Positions 63,466-64,000 of a DNA stretch of 64,000 nucleotides are shown one piece after another. Origin of the DNA: an uncultured Verrucomicrobiae bacterium. GTDB lineage: Bacteria; Verrucomicrobiota; Verrucomicrobiia; Limisphaerales; Palsa-1400. The DNA is taken from NCBI GenBank assembly GCA_963764165.1, contig CAVXRD010000002.1, positions 2,496,001 to 2,560,000 of the forward strand. Reading direction: 5' to 3'. Numbering within the stretch: position 1 is the first letter of the stretch; each line of letters begins with the position of its first letter. The position numbers and the translations under genes were made by a program. The notes under the pieces were generated by a model. The model had not been told where the DNA came from, did not search any database, and was given only the letters and a program-made list of their open reading frames with translations.

Positions 63466-64000
63466 ATTTGCCAAGCTATTTCCTGGCGGACCTGCCGGCC
63501 GAGGCCGAACTCAGCCCGAGCTTGATCACCGAGGCGTGCCAGACCCTTAAGCGCAACAGTGCGCAATATCTCGAAGGCCGCTCGACGGACAGCATCATCC
63601 GCATTCTGGATCGCCTTGGACGCGAATGGTTGCAGGACAATTTCCCGTTCCGAGAAGCGGTGCTCGACGCCTCGCCCATTTCCACCGGTTTTTCCGCTGA
63701 GGTTCTGGCGGCGGGACTCGACCAGTTCTTCCAACAGTTGACGATGGAAAATCTGGAATCGCTCGTGCGCGATGAGCTCGGCCATGACCGGCGGCTCGAT
63801 GAATTTTCGCACTCCGACGCGGAAGCGCAGGCGCATCGGGCTTCGATGGTCGTCGGACCGCGCCTTCTGGCGCATTTTGCCCCTGGCAATATTCCGATCC
63901 CGGCGCTAATGGAGATGGTGCTGGGCTTGCTGGTGCGCTCGGCGCAATTCGTCAAATGCGCCTCGGGCCATTCGTTTCTGCCGCGGATGTTCGCGCATTC
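63462..64000 (+). CDS. Acyl-CoA reductase (LuxC-like), 3'-truncated by the window edge
   Basis: ATGA overlap with the luxE-like stop. Manual translation: MNLPSYFLADLP...GPRLLAHFAPGNIPIPALMEMVLGLLVRSAQFVKCAS. Confidence 0.85.
   Translation, partial: MNLPSYFLADLPAEAELSPSLITEACQTLKRNSAQYLEGRSTDSIIRILDRLGREWLQDNFPFREAVLDASPISTGFSAEVLAAGLDQFFQQLTMENLESLVRDELGHDRRLDEFSHSDAEAQAHRASMVVGPRLLAHFAPGNIPIPALMEMVLGLLVRSAQFVKCASGHSFLPRMFAH

Overview
GC-rich bacterial DNA. Protein families and signal-peptide styles suggest Verrucomicrobiota (Pedosphaera/Limisphaerales-like); this is inference, since there is no marker gene. (1) 1-21.1 kb is the distal part of a type VI secretion cluster: an FGE-domain protein (5' end off-window), tssA, tssB, tssC, hcp, tagJ, tssE, tssF, tssG, tssH/clpV, three candidate effectors (LysM protein, Ntox46-like toxin, pesticin-like muramidase), a VgrG with a C-terminal extension, two accessory genes and a PAAR gene. 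A rickettsial-PKMT-like methyltransferase is inserted on the opposite strand, and a (TGTTCTA)4 repeat lies in the shared promoter region. (2) 21-27 kb holds a LysR/aminotransferase/GNAT block with several gene remnants, ending at tRNA-Arg(UCG). (3) 27.4-47.8 kb is a candidate trans-envelope signalling and surface-protein locus: CHASE2-Ser/Thr kinase, ECF sigma factor, a FecR-TPR-beta-barrel outer-membrane protein and three large secreted proteins sharing a C-terminal module that I cannot assign to a named family. Two of these proteins carry catalytically dead trypsin-like domains, and three genes have single-base +1 frameshifts. (4) 47.8-64 kb is mostly housekeeping: heptaheme cytochrome c with a membrane partner, HU, a SAM-I riboswitch upstream of thrC-like/sulfur carrier/NIL genes, S41 peptidase, SDR, PIN-TRAM, mlaEFD and luxE/luxC-like genes. 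I found no CRISPR array, rRNA, integrase or transposase. All family calls come from motif recognition by eye, not database searches.
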